A stretch of DNA of 50,950 bases from Candidatus Iainarchaeum sp. GTDB taxonomy: Archaea > Micrarchaeota > Micrarchaeia > Anstonellales > Bilamarchaeaceae. The stretch is taken from contig JAQTSF010000001.1 in NCBI GenBank assembly GCA_028711485.1, positions 1-50,950 of the forward strand, read 5' to 3'. The notes beneath the pieces were generated by a model. The model saw only the letters and a list, made by a program, of their open reading frames with translations, made no database searches and had not been told where the DNA came from. This document shows positions 25,878 to 35,970 of the stretch, in pieces (the first letter of the stretch is position 1; every line of letters starts with the position of its first letter). The translations under genes were made by a program, and so were the position numbers.

Positions 25878-28800
25878 ATGAAAAATTTTATCATTTTATT
25901 ATTCTTATTTGGAATGATTTTTAGTGCTGTTCATGAAGTTTATGTTGATGAACCTTGTTATGTAAATTCAAGTGGTGGAGAACAATACAATGTTTCTGCT
26001 CCACTAGGTTCACTCAATGAGGTATTCTATAGTCAAGTTAATGATGGAGATACTGTTATTTTATGCCCCGGAACTTACACTGATTCTTATATGTATTTTG
26101 GTAATAATAAGAGTGACACCCGTCTAACTGGTTGTGTGGATGGTGTTCATCCAAATTGTACAGGAAACAATATCTCAGATATTATTCTTATGCAAACAGG
26201 AGATGGTTTCTATAGAATAGTTTATTCAAATTATGGAAATACAATCGGTAATCTTACATTTATTTCTAATAACCTTCCTAACTCTTGGACTAGTGAATTT
26301 ATATTTGTTCAAACTAACGGAAGCCTCTTAATTGAAAATTCTAAATTTGAAATAACTCATACACTTCCATCTTCTGTATATGCGTGGAGAGTACTTGGTG
26401 GAAATAATTTAAGCGATAGTGTTATACGGAATAGTAATTTTACTTTTATGGGAAATGGTTCTAATAAACTAGCTGTTGTGGGTCTTTATAATATCAGTAA
26501 TCTTTCAATATCTAACTGTATTTTTTCAAATGTCTTGCGTGTTTTATCTAACTCCTGGGGCCAGGTTAATTATGAAAATATCTCTTTCTATGATAATACT
26601 CTTTATAACTCTCATTTTCCAAGTTATATTAGTCCATATTTCTATCGCAATCCCAACTTTATTGATTTTAATGTAAGTGATAATTTCTTCTATCAAGGAT
26701 CTACTTTATATATTCATTATGGAAATAGTATTGTACAAAATAACCAAATAAATGATTCTGATATCGGTATTATTTTTTCGAATGATTGTCTTAATGATGA
26801 AGAAACATTTGTTTCAAATAATCAAATAAATAATAGTGCGATAGGTGCACTACTATCGGGTTGCAATTTCACTCTTTCGAATAATGAATTTAACAATAAT
26901 GACGTTGGTTTGTTTTTTTCTATTCGTTCTGATTATTGGGGAAGTAGTAGTTTATGGGATTTCTCTTGGAATGGGTATAACACCGGTTATTTTAGAAATA
27001 ATGTAAGTACTAACAATTCTATAGATGGAAGTCCAATTTATTATTTTGTTGATGGAATTACCGGGGATGGTGAAACTGAACCTAATGAAAATGCTGCAAT
27101 GGTTATAATTGTAGATAGCGAAATGGAAATAGAAAATATAAATTTTACTAACGCCCTAGGCAATTCTCACGGCATTTTTGCTTTTAATTCCGAAGTCAAT
27201 TTAACCAATGTTTCAACAGGAGATAATTTTGTATCTATCAGTTTCCTCAATTCCAATGGAAGCATAAGTGAATGTGAATTTAATTATCAAGGCAATATGA
27301 ATATGAGTTCATTATATGAAGTTTTTGATAATTCTGTTTATCTAAGTTACGATACTTTTCTTGTTACTGCTATTGTTATTCTTTCAAACACCAATATTAG
27401 TACAGTAAATATTCTGGATAATTATATTTCTAATTTTCCGGCAAGTTCACTAATTATAGTTGGGGAAGAAGATACTGAAGGAGCTGTTTATTTTGATGGA
27501 AATACATTCGAAAACAACTCCTATGATTTCCCTCTTCTTTTCGGAAGTAATCCAGGAACTTGGCTTATAACTACAAATAATTTTATGGATGGAAACAAAC
27601 CTTATTTTTTCATTGAAAATCAGACTATTGATGGTGTGAGAGAGATACCTGAAGATGAAACTATAGCTATGCTGTTGTTATACGACTCTACAAATCTATC
27701 TCCTATTGAAAATATAGAAATAGATTCAAATGCACAAGTTGCACTTGTTATTTTTGATAATATGGGAGCGGAATACTATATAAATAACATATCTATCTCC
27801 ACAGATAATTTAGGAATGCTTATTCTTGGCAATTTTAGTGATCTTATTTTAAATAATATCTCGATATATGGAAAAACAGAGCCATTAGAACGTCTTGAGA
27901 CTTTATTTGATGAAAGTCTTATGGATATAGAAAATACTTTTGAGTTTTTGCAAGCACTAACAGGCATTTTCAGCGCTAGTGAAGATGATGAATCTTTTTT
28001 TAGACAAGAGGAGGAAAGTGCCCCATTTTTTTATGCTTTTGGGGTTCTTCTTATGCCCCCGTTAGAAGATGTTACAATTACTAATCTTCTAGTAGAGAAT
28101 AAAATAGTAGGTTTAAGTGCTTCTCCTTTGGGGGATGAGGCTCCTTCCTTGTTTGGGAATATACTACTCCGCAATGTTACTTTTAACTCCTGTCCTGTAG
28201 GTTTTGATTTTTATTCTGCAGAGAATATCTCAATATTTGATTCTGAGATTAATAATGCTGGAACAGGTTTAAGTATAATTAACTCCTCTAATCTGTTAAT
28301 AGATGGTTTAGAACTAACTCTTCAGCAGTACAATTTAATAAATAATTTCAATACTACATTAGGGATTTTATTTTTAGCTAATTTTAACACTTCTAATGAA
28401 AACATAACCATTTTGAATACGATTATAAATGGTGGCGGATTCGAATTTAGAGGAGGTAGTCTTGACGAAGAAACTAATGCTACTTTTGAAGTTGGTATAA
28501 TATTCGCTAACTCTTATAATAATAATCTTTCAGGGATTTTAATAGAAAATACTTCTATAAGGAATATTTTACTGGATATTCTTATTATCTCAGAAAGACA
28601 GAATCCTACAAATCATGAAATTATTTTTAGAAATGTTGAGCTTGAAGAGGGTGGCCCTATATTTAGTATTAATTACTATGGTATAGTTAATGAAACAGGT
28701 CAAAATGACACTTATGGTTCTCATTCTGGTTTTGGTATACTTAACCGTGAATTAAGTGATTTCTTATCCACCCCCTCAGGTGCAAACGATTTCAACAATA

Positions 28801-30113
28801 TTGTTTCATTCTATTCATTTGATTCGGATCATGCAGTTCTCTTAAATATCTCAAATATTTCCCTTAGCTATACCAATGAGAAACTTGCTACTTATAATAC
28901 AAATGAGGATGCACTTGGTTTCTATCTACTTGGTGAGATGACTACAATGCCATCGGCTTTATTATTTCCTTGGATAAGACTTACACCTGGTTTTGAATGT
29001 GATGAATTTAGTGTAACTCATGATACTGTAAATAATGTATTCTCCATTAATATAAATGACATGCCTGATGGGTTTGGCATTTCATCAAATCCATCAGATG
29101 AGAATAATAGTGACGATATGTCTCTGGTTTCAATGAATTTTGCAATATTTTATATGGGAAATTATTACAATCAATCCAATATTACTAATATCACGAATAT
29201 AACAAACATAAATAACTATTATGATAGTGATAGCACTACAATAAACCAATATACAGATCAACCAGGTGTAACTTACTCTTTTGAATGTCCTGGAGATAAA
29301 ATAAAAGTAATTCTTGAACAAAGTTTAGGTGCAACTGCAACGTTATACTATTATGGCTTATTGGGAACTTCTCCACCAAGTACTTCAGATACCCAACCAC
29401 TATCCAATAAACAAGTAACTCTTAACACTAAAGGATTAGGATTATATAAATTAGAAGTTTCAATCACAGGAGAAGATAAATGGGAGAAATTTATTTCTCA
29501 GTTTTGGTATTTTGGATGTGATGCTGATGGAGAAATAATAAAGCCTGTTGATCCTGATCCGAAATCAACCTGTTCAAGCAATTTAAATTGCGCGGATAAT
29601 GAAAAATGCACAAATGGAAAATGTGTAGAGATATTAGGAATATGTGGATATGCTGATAAACACCAATGGTTTACTTATGATTGTTGCTCAAGTACTGATT
29701 GTGACTCTGGTTTGATATGTACAAATCATGTATGTTCATATCCTTCCTATAGCATACTCGCAAGCGATAATGAAAACTTAGGAGATCAGGCAAAAATACG
29801 AGTAATGCTTAACGGAGAACCTGCAAAGAATACCCCAGTTGAGGTGCTTACTCCGAGCGGAAAAAAACTTCTTTTAACCACTGATGAGAATGGATATATC
29901 TCTTTAACCATGGATGAAGAAGGAGAATACAAAATATATGCCGGAAATGGTTATAAAGCAGTAAAATCCCTAAAGCCTGCAAAACCTGTTGATGAAGAAG
30001 ATAAAGAGGAAGATATATTCGGAGACAGCGGAAGTATAATCGCAGGTACAGGAGTTGCTATTGGAGCTATTCTTGTAGGAGCCGCAGCTGCATTCAGAAT
30101 CTTTAGAAAATAA
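25878..30113 (+). CDS. Giant surface (S-layer-like) protein with parallel beta-helix repeats, Cys-rich modules and a C-terminal TM anchor
   Basis: ORF track 25845 starts at GTG; ATG 25878 is preceded by GGAG and gives signal peptide MKNFIILLFLFGMIFSAV. It has NNxI/NNxF PbH1-like repeats, dozens of N-x-S/T sequons, a Cys-rich block (CSSNLNCADNEKCTNGKC...) and the anchor IIAGTGVAIGAILVGAAAAFRIFRK. Confidence 0.7.
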   Translation: MKNFIILLFLFGMIFSAVHEVYVDEPCYVNSSGGEQYNVSAPLGSLNEVFYSQVNDGDTVILCPGTYTDSYMYFGNNKSDTRLTGCVDGVHPNCTGNNISDIILMQTGDGFYRIVYSNYGNTIGNLTFISNNLPNSWTSEFIFVQTNGSLLIENSKFEITHTLPSSVYAWRVLGGNNLSDSVIRNSNFTFMGNGSNKLAVVGLYNISNLSISNCIFSNVLRVLSNSWGQVNYENISFYDNTLYNSHFPSYISPYFYRNPNFIDFNVSDNFFYQGSTLYIHYGNSIVQNNQINDSDIGIIFSNDCLNDEETFVSNNQINNSAIGALLSGCNFTLSNNEFNNNDVGLFFSIRSDYWGSSSLWDFSWNGYNTGYFRNNVSTNNSIDGSPIYYFVDGITGDGETEPNENAAMVIIVDSEMEIENINFTNALGNSHGIFAFNSEVNLTNVSTGDNFVSISFLNSNGSISECEFNYQGNMNMSSLYEVFDNSVYLSYDTFLVTAIVILSNTNISTVNILDNYISNFPASSLIIVGEEDTEGAVYFDGNTFENNSYDFPLLFGSNPGTWLITTNNFMDGNKPYFFIENQTIDGVREIPEDETIAMLLLYDSTNLSPIENIEIDSNAQVALVIFDNMGAEYYINNISISTDNLGMLILGNFSDLILNNISIYGKTEPLERLETLFDESLMDIENTFEFLQALTGIFSASEDDESFFRQEEESAPFFYAFGVLLMPPLEDVTITNLLVENKIVGLSASPLGDEAPSLFGNILLRNVTFNSCPVGFDFYSAENISIFDSEINNAGTGLSIINSSNLLIDGLELTLQQYNLINNFNTTLGILFLANFNTSNENITILNTIINGGGFEFRGGSLDEETNATFEVGIIFANSYNNNLSGILIENTSIRNILLDILIISERQNPTNHEIIFRNVELEEGGPIFSINYYGIVNETGQNDTYGSHSGFGILNRELSDFLSTPSGANDFNNIVSFYSFDSDHAVLLNISNISLSYTNEKLATYNTNEDALGFYLLGEMTTMPSALLFPWIRLTPGFECDEFSVTHDTVNNVFSININDMPDGFGISSNPSDENNSDDMSLVSMNFAIFYMGNYYNQSNITNITNITNINNYYDSDSTTINQYTDQPGVTYSFECPGDKIKVILEQSLGATATLYYYGLLGTSPPSTSDTQPLSNKQVTLNTKGLGLYKLEVSITGEDKWEKFISQFWYFGCDADGEIIKPVDPDPKSTCSSNLNCADNEKCTNGKCVEILGICGYADKHQWFTYDCCSSTDCDSGLICTNHVCSYPSYSILASDNENLGDQAKIRVMLNGEPAKNTPVEVLTPSGKKLLLTTDENGYISLTMDEEGEYKIYAGNGYKAVKSLKPAKPVDEEDKEEDIFGDSGSIIAGTGVAIGAILVGAAAAFRIFRK

Positions 30114-30207
30114 TTTTTTTTATTTTTTTATAAATTTTATTTCTATTATTAATCGCTTTCTTCTAAATAAAACAAAAGTATATAATCATAATCACTTAAT
30201 TTATATC

Positions 30208-31305
30208 ATGAGACCCGATTTATTCAAACAAGTTCTTTCTGATAAGAATAAAATTATTATTGCACAAATAGCTCCAGCAGTTCAAGTAAGTATTGGAGAG
30301 TTATTTGGTTATGAACCGGGTACTCCACTATATAAAAAATTAATTTTTGCTCTTAAGAAATTAGGAGTAAAATATGTTTTTGATACCTCTTTTGGAGCAG
30401 ATATTTGTGTAGTGGAAGAAAGCAAAGAATTCGAATCAAGAATCAAGCAGGGGGAATTCCCAATAATCAATTCTTGTTGCCCTGGAACTGTAAGTTTCCT
30501 TGAACATGCATACCCTGATTTAGTAGGTAATATGGCAACAGTAAAAAGTCCAATGGAAGTTACTGGAGCACTTATAAAATCTTATTTTGCAGAAAAAATG
30601 AACATTCTCCCAGATAATATTTTTTCAATAGCAATTATGCCCTGTGTTATAAAAAAAGCAGAGGCGCTGAGGCCGGAATTAAGGGTAAAAGGAAAGCTTA
30701 TGGTGGATGGGGTAATAACTACAAAAGAAATATCAGAAATTCTTAAAGAAAACAACATAGAACTTTCAAAGTGTGAGGATATGGACTTTGACTCTTTAAT
30801 GGGAACTGCAAGTGGTGCAGGTAAAATATTTGGTTCTTCTGGAGGGGTTGGAGAAGCAGCACTTAGAAATTATGCTTATATAAACAATCTTCCTTTAGAA
30901 AAAATAGATAAAAAAAATTTAAGAGGTGAGGAAGGAATACGAGAGATAACTTATAGCTCTGGAAAAATAGAATTTAAAATGCTTGTAATCAACTCCTTAA
31001 GAAATGCAAGTATATTGTTGAACGATAAAGAAAAACTAAAAAAATATCATTTTGTTGAAATAATGGCTTGTTTAGGTGGTTGTGTTGGAGGAGCAGGACA
31101 GCCGCAATCTACAAAAGAAAATCTTGAAAAAAGAAGAAAAGGACTATACCAAATTGATGAAGGATTAAAATTAAAAGTTCCTTCACAAAATCCAGAAATA
31201 CAAAAATTATATGAAAATTATCTGGGTTCCCCAATGAGCAGAAAGGCAAAACAACTTCTCCATACTGGATTTGAGGAAACATGTGTTGATTGTTATCAAA
31301 ATTAA
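30208..31305 (+). CDS. [FeFe]-hydrogenase H-cluster domain protein (catalytic domain only, 365 aa)
   Basis: L1-like NSCCPG, L2 MPCVIKKAE, L3 EIMACLGGCVGGAGQP. No N-terminal ferredoxin-like Cys clusters. Confidence 0.8.
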   Translation: MRPDLFKQVLSDKNKIIIAQIAPAVQVSIGELFGYEPGTPLYKKLIFALKKLGVKYVFDTSFGADICVVEESKEFESRIKQGEFPIINSCCPGTVSFLEHAYPDLVGNMATVKSPMEVTGALIKSYFAEKMNILPDNIFSIAIMPCVIKKAEALRPELRVKGKLMVDGVITTKEISEILKENNIELSKCEDMDFDSLMGTASGAGKIFGSSGGVGEAALRNYAYINNLPLEKIDKKNLRGEEGIREITYSSGKIEFKMLVINSLRNASILLNDKEKLKKYHFVEIMACLGGCVGGAGQPQSTKENLEKRRKGLYQIDEGLKLKVPSQNPEIQKLYENYLGSPMSRKAKQLLHTGFEETCVDCYQN

Positions 31306-31364
31306 ATATACTTCCGACCAGTAATTATTTAAAGTATATTTGATTATCCCTCTTAGGTGTAAAA

Positions 31365-32369
31365 ATGTTCGAGGAAATTATCAATATAACTTTCTTTATG
31401 AGCCTGCTTGGTTTTGCATTCTCATTTATTGCTCTTTTAATGCTGTGGGCATTTTTTTCAAGAATCATTGAGATGACTGCATTAAGGACCAAGATGACTT
31501 TTCTTACCAATATAATCAAGGAAGTTCAGCCTCAAATAATTGCATTTGTCTCATTAATAAGTCTTTATGTTGGGATTTTTATTTTTGATAATTCTATTCT
31601 TGAACATCAAGCCTTCAAATTATGGTCAATTGCAATCATACTTATTTCAGTAAATGTTTTATTTAAAATAATTTCTTCAGTTTTTGAACATTATGGAAAA
31701 AATATTTTTAGAGTTAAATTTACATCACGAGCACTTTTTGCGATAAAAACTTCAATAGCGGTAATCCTATATTTTATAGCATTTTTACTGATAATAGACC
31801 TTTTCAGTCCGCAACTTTCAATTGTTCTTGTTTCATTCGGAATACTTCTCCTGTTGTTAATATTTATTATCTATTATACTGAGATCAAGGACATAATTGC
31901 AGGTTTTAGAATTTACAACCGTTTCATAAGACCAGGGGATTTCGTATGTTTGGGAAGATTAAGTGGTTACATCATTGAAATCACAGGCAGAACTACAGTT
32001 GTTAAAGATATACACGGAAGAAATATCCTAATTCCGAATAGTTACATCTCCTCTAATCCAATTACTAATTTCTCAAACGCAGGTGGCAATATATGGGTTT
32101 TGAATTTCACATGTTCCTGCACTGATCTTAAAAAATTTGAAAAGCATGTTCTCTTAGCATTTTCCAATTCTTTAAGTAAATGCGATGGTCTTTTAAGAGG
32201 GTTTAGACCAGTTATAAGACATATTGGTTTTGATGATTCAAGAGATTCATACACTATTCTATTCCAAACAGTGCCTTTTGCAGAAATAGCACTTGTAAAA
32301 TCCGTTCTTGCAAATGAAATAAATAATGAATTAAAAAAGAATAAAATAAAGACATATAGCTGGGACTAA
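31365..32369 (+). CDS. MscS-family mechanosensitive channel
   Basis: N-terminal TM helices and IRPGDFVCLGRLSGYIIEITGRTTVVKDIHGRNILIPNSYISSNPITNFS. Confidence 0.75.
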   Translation: MFEEIINITFFMSLLGFAFSFIALLMLWAFFSRIIEMTALRTKMTFLTNIIKEVQPQIIAFVSLISLYVGIFIFDNSILEHQAFKLWSIAIILISVNVLFKIISSVFEHYGKNIFRVKFTSRALFAIKTSIAVILYFIAFLLIIDLFSPQLSIVLVSFGILLLLLIFIIYYTEIKDIIAGFRIYNRFIRPGDFVCLGRLSGYIIEITGRTTVVKDIHGRNILIPNSYISSNPITNFSNAGGNIWVLNFTCSCTDLKKFEKHVLLAFSNSLSKCDGLLRGFRPVIRHIGFDDSRDSYTILFQTVPFAEIALVKSVLANEINNELKKNKIKTYSWD

Positions 32370-32411
32370 AGACACCAAACAAATATAAACTCTTTTTGTT
32401 TAAATATTTCT

Positions 32412-34118
32412 GTGGATGTCATACTTGAGATAGGATTACTTGCAGCAATAGCAACCCTTATTTCTATAATTGCAAGAATGCTAAAACAGCCTTTAATTAT
32501 TGGTTATATAATATGTGGCATACTTGCCGGACCTTATGTTTTCAATCTTTTACAATCCACAGAAACAATAGAAGCATTTTCGCATATAGGAATAACTCTT
32601 CTTTTATTCATTGTCGGTCTTGGTTTGAGCCCTAAGGTTATAAAAGAAGTTGGGAAAGCCTCAGTATTTACTGGTATAGGCCAGGTTCTTTTTACCTCTC
32701 TATTTGGTTATTTAATTTGTCTTGCTCTCGGGTTCAGTGAAATTGAATCTATGTATATAGCAATAGCCCTTACTTTCAGTAGTACCATTATAATAATGAA
32801 ACTTCTTTCAGATAAGGGAGATTTAGAAACACTTTATGGGAAAATCTCCATTGGTTTCCTTATAATTCAGGATTTTATAGCAGTTATTGCATTGATGGTC
32901 ATTTCCTCTTCACAGGCAGGATCATCATATGACTTTAGTTTTATGCCCATGGTAATTACAGGGGTTTTATTGCTTGCAGGCCTGTTCGTATTCGGTGCAT
33001 TAATTTTACCAAGAATTACAAAAATTGCAGCCTCAAATCAAGAAGTTCTTTTGATTTTTGCAATAGGCTGGTCTGTTATACTTGCAGCAATTTTTCAACA
33101 GTATGGGTTTTCAATGGAAATCGGAGCACTGCTTGCAGGAATTACGCTTTCAATGTCTCCCTACAAATATGAAATAAGTGCAAGGATGAGAGTTCTAAGA
33201 GATTTTTTCATAATTTTATTTTTCGTTCTTCTTGGTTCCCAGATGGTATTTGCAGATGTTTCTGACAGAATACCTGAAATTATTCTTCTTTCATTATTCA
33301 TACTGATAGGGAACCCACTAATTGTAATGATTATTATGGGACTTCTTGGTTATACAAAAAGAACCGGACTCTTTGCAGGTTTCACAGTTGCACAGATAAG
33401 TGAATTTTCAATAATACTTGTTGCATTAGGTGCAAAGGTAGGCCATCTTTCAAATGAAATAGTTTCAATAGTAACCATTGTCGGTATCATAACTATAGCA
33501 GGTTCAACTTATATGATACTTTACTCTAGTTCTATTTACAATCTACTTTCCGGTTATCTAGGGATCTTTGAAAGAAGCGGCAAAAAAGTTGAAGAACAAA
33601 TGCATAAACCTAGAGATACATATGATATAGTGATGTTTGGTTATAACCGGATAGGTCACGGTTTATCAAAAAATTTTAGAGAAATGAAAAAGAGTTTCCT
33701 TGTTGTTGATTTCAATCCAGAAACAATAAAAATCCTTGTTGAAGAAAAAGAGCATTGTGTTTATGGTGATGCAGGAGATACCGAGTTTTTAGATAGTATA
33801 AATCTAAAGGATGCAAAAATGATTCTTTCAACAATACCTGATTTTGAAAACAATCTAATAATGGTTAGGCACGTAAGAAAATATAATAAAAAAGCAGTAA
33901 TTCTGGTAGTTTCTCATCAAATAGACCAGGCACTTGAACTTTATTCAAACGGGGTTAATTATGTCATTCTCCCGCACTTTTTGGGTGGGCAGCATGTTGC
34001 TTCATTAGTTGAAAGGTATGGTTTCAATCATAAAGCATTTTTAAAACAAGGTAAAGAGCAGATTAAACTTATAATTGAAAGGCAGAAGTTAGGCCATGAT
34101 CATCCAAAACACCTTTAA
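32412..34118 (+). CDS. CPA2 (Kef-type) cation:proton antiporter with C-terminal TrkA-N/RCK domain
   Basis: About 12 TM helices of the Na/H-exchanger type, then IVMFGYNRIGHGL Rossmann motif. Confidence 0.8.
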   Translation: MDVILEIGLLAAIATLISIIARMLKQPLIIGYIICGILAGPYVFNLLQSTETIEAFSHIGITLLLFIVGLGLSPKVIKEVGKASVFTGIGQVLFTSLFGYLICLALGFSEIESMYIAIALTFSSTIIIMKLLSDKGDLETLYGKISIGFLIIQDFIAVIALMVISSSQAGSSYDFSFMPMVITGVLLLAGLFVFGALILPRITKIAASNQEVLLIFAIGWSVILAAIFQQYGFSMEIGALLAGITLSMSPYKYEISARMRVLRDFFIILFFVLLGSQMVFADVSDRIPEIILLSLFILIGNPLIVMIIMGLLGYTKRTGLFAGFTVAQISEFSIILVALGAKVGHLSNEIVSIVTIVGIITIAGSTYMILYSSSIYNLLSGYLGIFERSGKKVEEQMHKPRDTYDIVMFGYNRIGHGLSKNFREMKKSFLVVDFNPETIKILVEEKEHCVYGDAGDTEFLDSINLKDAKMILSTIPDFENNLIMVRHVRKYNKKAVILVVSHQIDQALELYSNGVNYVILPHFLGGQHVASLVERYGFNHKAFLKQGKEQIKLIIERQKLGHDHPKHL

Positions 34119-34153
34119 ACTAGATTTTTATATTATTTGTTTCTATTTTCTTT

Positions 34154-34660
34154 ATGGAGATGATTAAACCAACACCTTCAGGATTTTTTATGAAGAAATA
34201 CTGGCATTTATTAGTTTTTCTAATATTTATAACCATTCTTAATATTCTATCTCTTTTAGGATCATTTAGTTTGGGCTGGATTTTATTTATTATTTTTGGT
34301 ATTTCAGTACTTTCTGTTTTTTCAGGGTGGGTTCATTCTAAACTTCATTCAGAAGCAACTTTATTATCAATAACTGATGATGAACTAGTACATCAAACAG
34401 GCATACTTAGTATGCAAAAGAAAAAAATACCAGTCCATAAAATAACAGATTCTTCTATAAGAAGAAGTTTTTACGATAAAATACTTAATCTGTGTTCAAT
34501 TAACTTCAGCACGAGCGGAAGTACAGGTTATGAAATTTCTATTATTGCAATGCCTTACAATGAGGCTGAATTATTCCATGACGAACTCCACAGATTAATA
34601 AGAACTAGAATGAAAAGACCTGTAGAAAAGAATTCTCCTGAAAATATTCTTGAAGAGTGA
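34154..34660 (+). CDS. Membrane protein with bacterial PH (bPH_2/YdbS-like) domain
   Basis: Two TM helices then ITDDELVHQTGILSMQKKKIPVHKITDSSIRRSFYDKILNLCSINFST. Confidence 0.6.
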   Translation: MEMIKPTPSGFFMKKYWHLLVFLIFITILNILSLLGSFSLGWILFIIFGISVLSVFSGWVHSKLHSEATLLSITDDELVHQTGILSMQKKKIPVHKITDSSIRRSFYDKILNLCSINFSTSGSTGYEISIIAMPYNEAELFHDELHRLIRTRMKRPVEKNSPENILEE

Positions 34661-34664
34661 TGTT

Positions 34665-35204
34665 ATGGATTTCCAAAATATATTTGTAATAAAACATCAA
34701 TATGGACAAAAGGAGATGCATGAACTTGCACTTATAAGTATACTAATATTCTTAATTCCTCTTATATTCGGCCATCTTAATACTCTGCCAATGCAATTTT
34801 TTGTAGGAACAACAGTTAATTTTTTATTAGTCTTATCTGCATTTTACCTCTCAGGGTGGAAAAATCTTTTCCCAATACTTCTTCCAAGCATTGCAGCTTA
34901 TTTAACCGGAATTTTATTTGGTGCAAATACTTCATTTTTATTATTTTTTATTCCATTTATCTGGCTCGGAAATTTTATTTTTGTTTATTTAAACAAGAAA
35001 ATCTCTGTTGGAGAAAATAAACCTTATCTAGGGACAATTTATTCTTCAATTGTAAAATCCTTTATTTTGTTCATTCCTGCAGTTATAATTGTATATCTTA
35101 AAATAGTTCCAGAATTATTTCTTATAGCAATGGGACCAATGCAGCTTATAACTGCTCTTTCGGGAGGTTTCCTGGCACTAGTTTTCAATAATTTTAGAAA
35201 ATAA
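34665..35204 (+). CDS. Multi-pass membrane protein (ECF S-component-like size and topology, unassigned)
   Basis: ORF track 34650 starts at TTG; ATG at 34665. Five to six hydrophobic helices and no diagnostic motif. Confidence 0.45.
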   Translation: MDFQNIFVIKHQYGQKEMHELALISILIFLIPLIFGHLNTLPMQFFVGTTVNFLLVLSAFYLSGWKNLFPILLPSIAAYLTGILFGANTSFLLFFIPFIWLGNFIFVYLNKKISVGENKPYLGTIYSSIVKSFILFIPAVIIVYLKIVPELFLIAMGPMQLITALSGGFLALVFNNFRK

Positions 35205-35271
35205 CCCGCACTAAGATTAAAAATAAAAAGTTTAATTCTTTAGATAAATTGAATTGAAAAAATAAGCATAA

Positions 35272-35601
35272 TCAAACCAATGGTTTTGATGGTAAAGTAG
35301 GAAGATTATATTTCATTCTGTAATTATCCACTATCTTCACAGTTCTTATTTCAAATTTATTCAATTGTTTTAATCCCATCCTTAAATATAAACCAAAATC
35401 AGCAAGGTTATTTGCCCCATCTTCTATTAGTTTTTTTACAACATCTTCAATTTGCTGTTTTCCACCATTATCTGTTCCAAGAACACTTAAGGCTATCGCA
35501 ACTTGATTTACAAAATGAGTTTTGTCGCTCTCGCTCATCCTGCTCCATACTTCTATTACTCTCGCTTTACTTTTAGGATCCAAATCTTTAAAATTAACCA
35601 T
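35272..35601 (-). CDS. Hypothetical protein (109 aa)
   Basis: ORF with non-repetitive composition, 3 nt downstream of the 58/61-aa ORF (operon-like). Confidence 0.45.
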   Translation of the reverse strand: MVNFKDLDPKSKARVIEVWSRMSESDKTHFVNQVAIALSVLGTDNGGKQQIEDVVKKLIEDGANNLADFGLYLRMGLKQLNKFEIRTVKIVDNYRMKYNLPTLPSKPLV

Positions 35602-35604
35602 GAG

Positions 35605-35781
35605 TCAACCCCACGTTACTCTTTTTCTATCAAAATTTTTAGCCAGGTCAGCAGCGTTTTTCATTGCTAACACACTTACAACAATACCTGGAATAATCTG
35701 AATTGCTTGAGGAATAGGAACCCCTCCTAACTTACCTTTTAGAATATGTTTTTCTAATTCAAGATATGCTCTTCCGACCAT
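35605..35781 (-). CDS. Hypothetical small protein (58 aa from ATG; 61 from TTG at 35790)
   Basis: ORF track 35605..35790. No recognisable motif. Confidence 0.35.
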   Translation of the reverse strand: MVGRAYLELEKHILKGKLGGVPIPQAIQIIPGIVVSVLAMKNAADLAKNFDRKRVTWG

Positions 35782-35820
35782 TTGAATCAAATATATTACT
35801 CATAACATCTTTATATACTT

Positions 35821-35880
35821 TTCTCACCCTAGGCAAGGGAAGGACCCCTCGCCTAATGGCTCACCCACTCCCCCCAAGTC
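35821..35880 (-). ncRNA. GC-rich island, candidate structured RNA or leader (unclassified)
   Basis: Sharp GC rise in an AT-rich spacer. The minus-strand hairpin GGCGAGGGG-ucc u-UCCCUUGCC (35832-35853) has 9 pairs including two G-U, which would be A-C mismatches on the plus strand. It is flanked by direct GGGUGAG repeats (35823-35829 and 35860-35866). Confidence 0.3.
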
Positions 35881-35970
35881 GATATATTAAAGGATTTTAT
35901 TATTCATAATATTCTATTACAAATCCCTACCATAGACACAATATCTAGAGAACTAACAAACAATTCTTTT

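Noticed and set aside
35821-35880. Known riboswitch classes (fluoride, Mn/yybP-ykoY, guanidine-II, preQ1) for the GC-rich island and for the ACG-containing hairpin loops at 17555-17602.
   Set aside because: The consensus cores as I remember them do not match. GGGGAGUGGG only superficially resembles the yybP GGGGAGUAG, the element is far too short, and the loops are not ACGR tetraloops.
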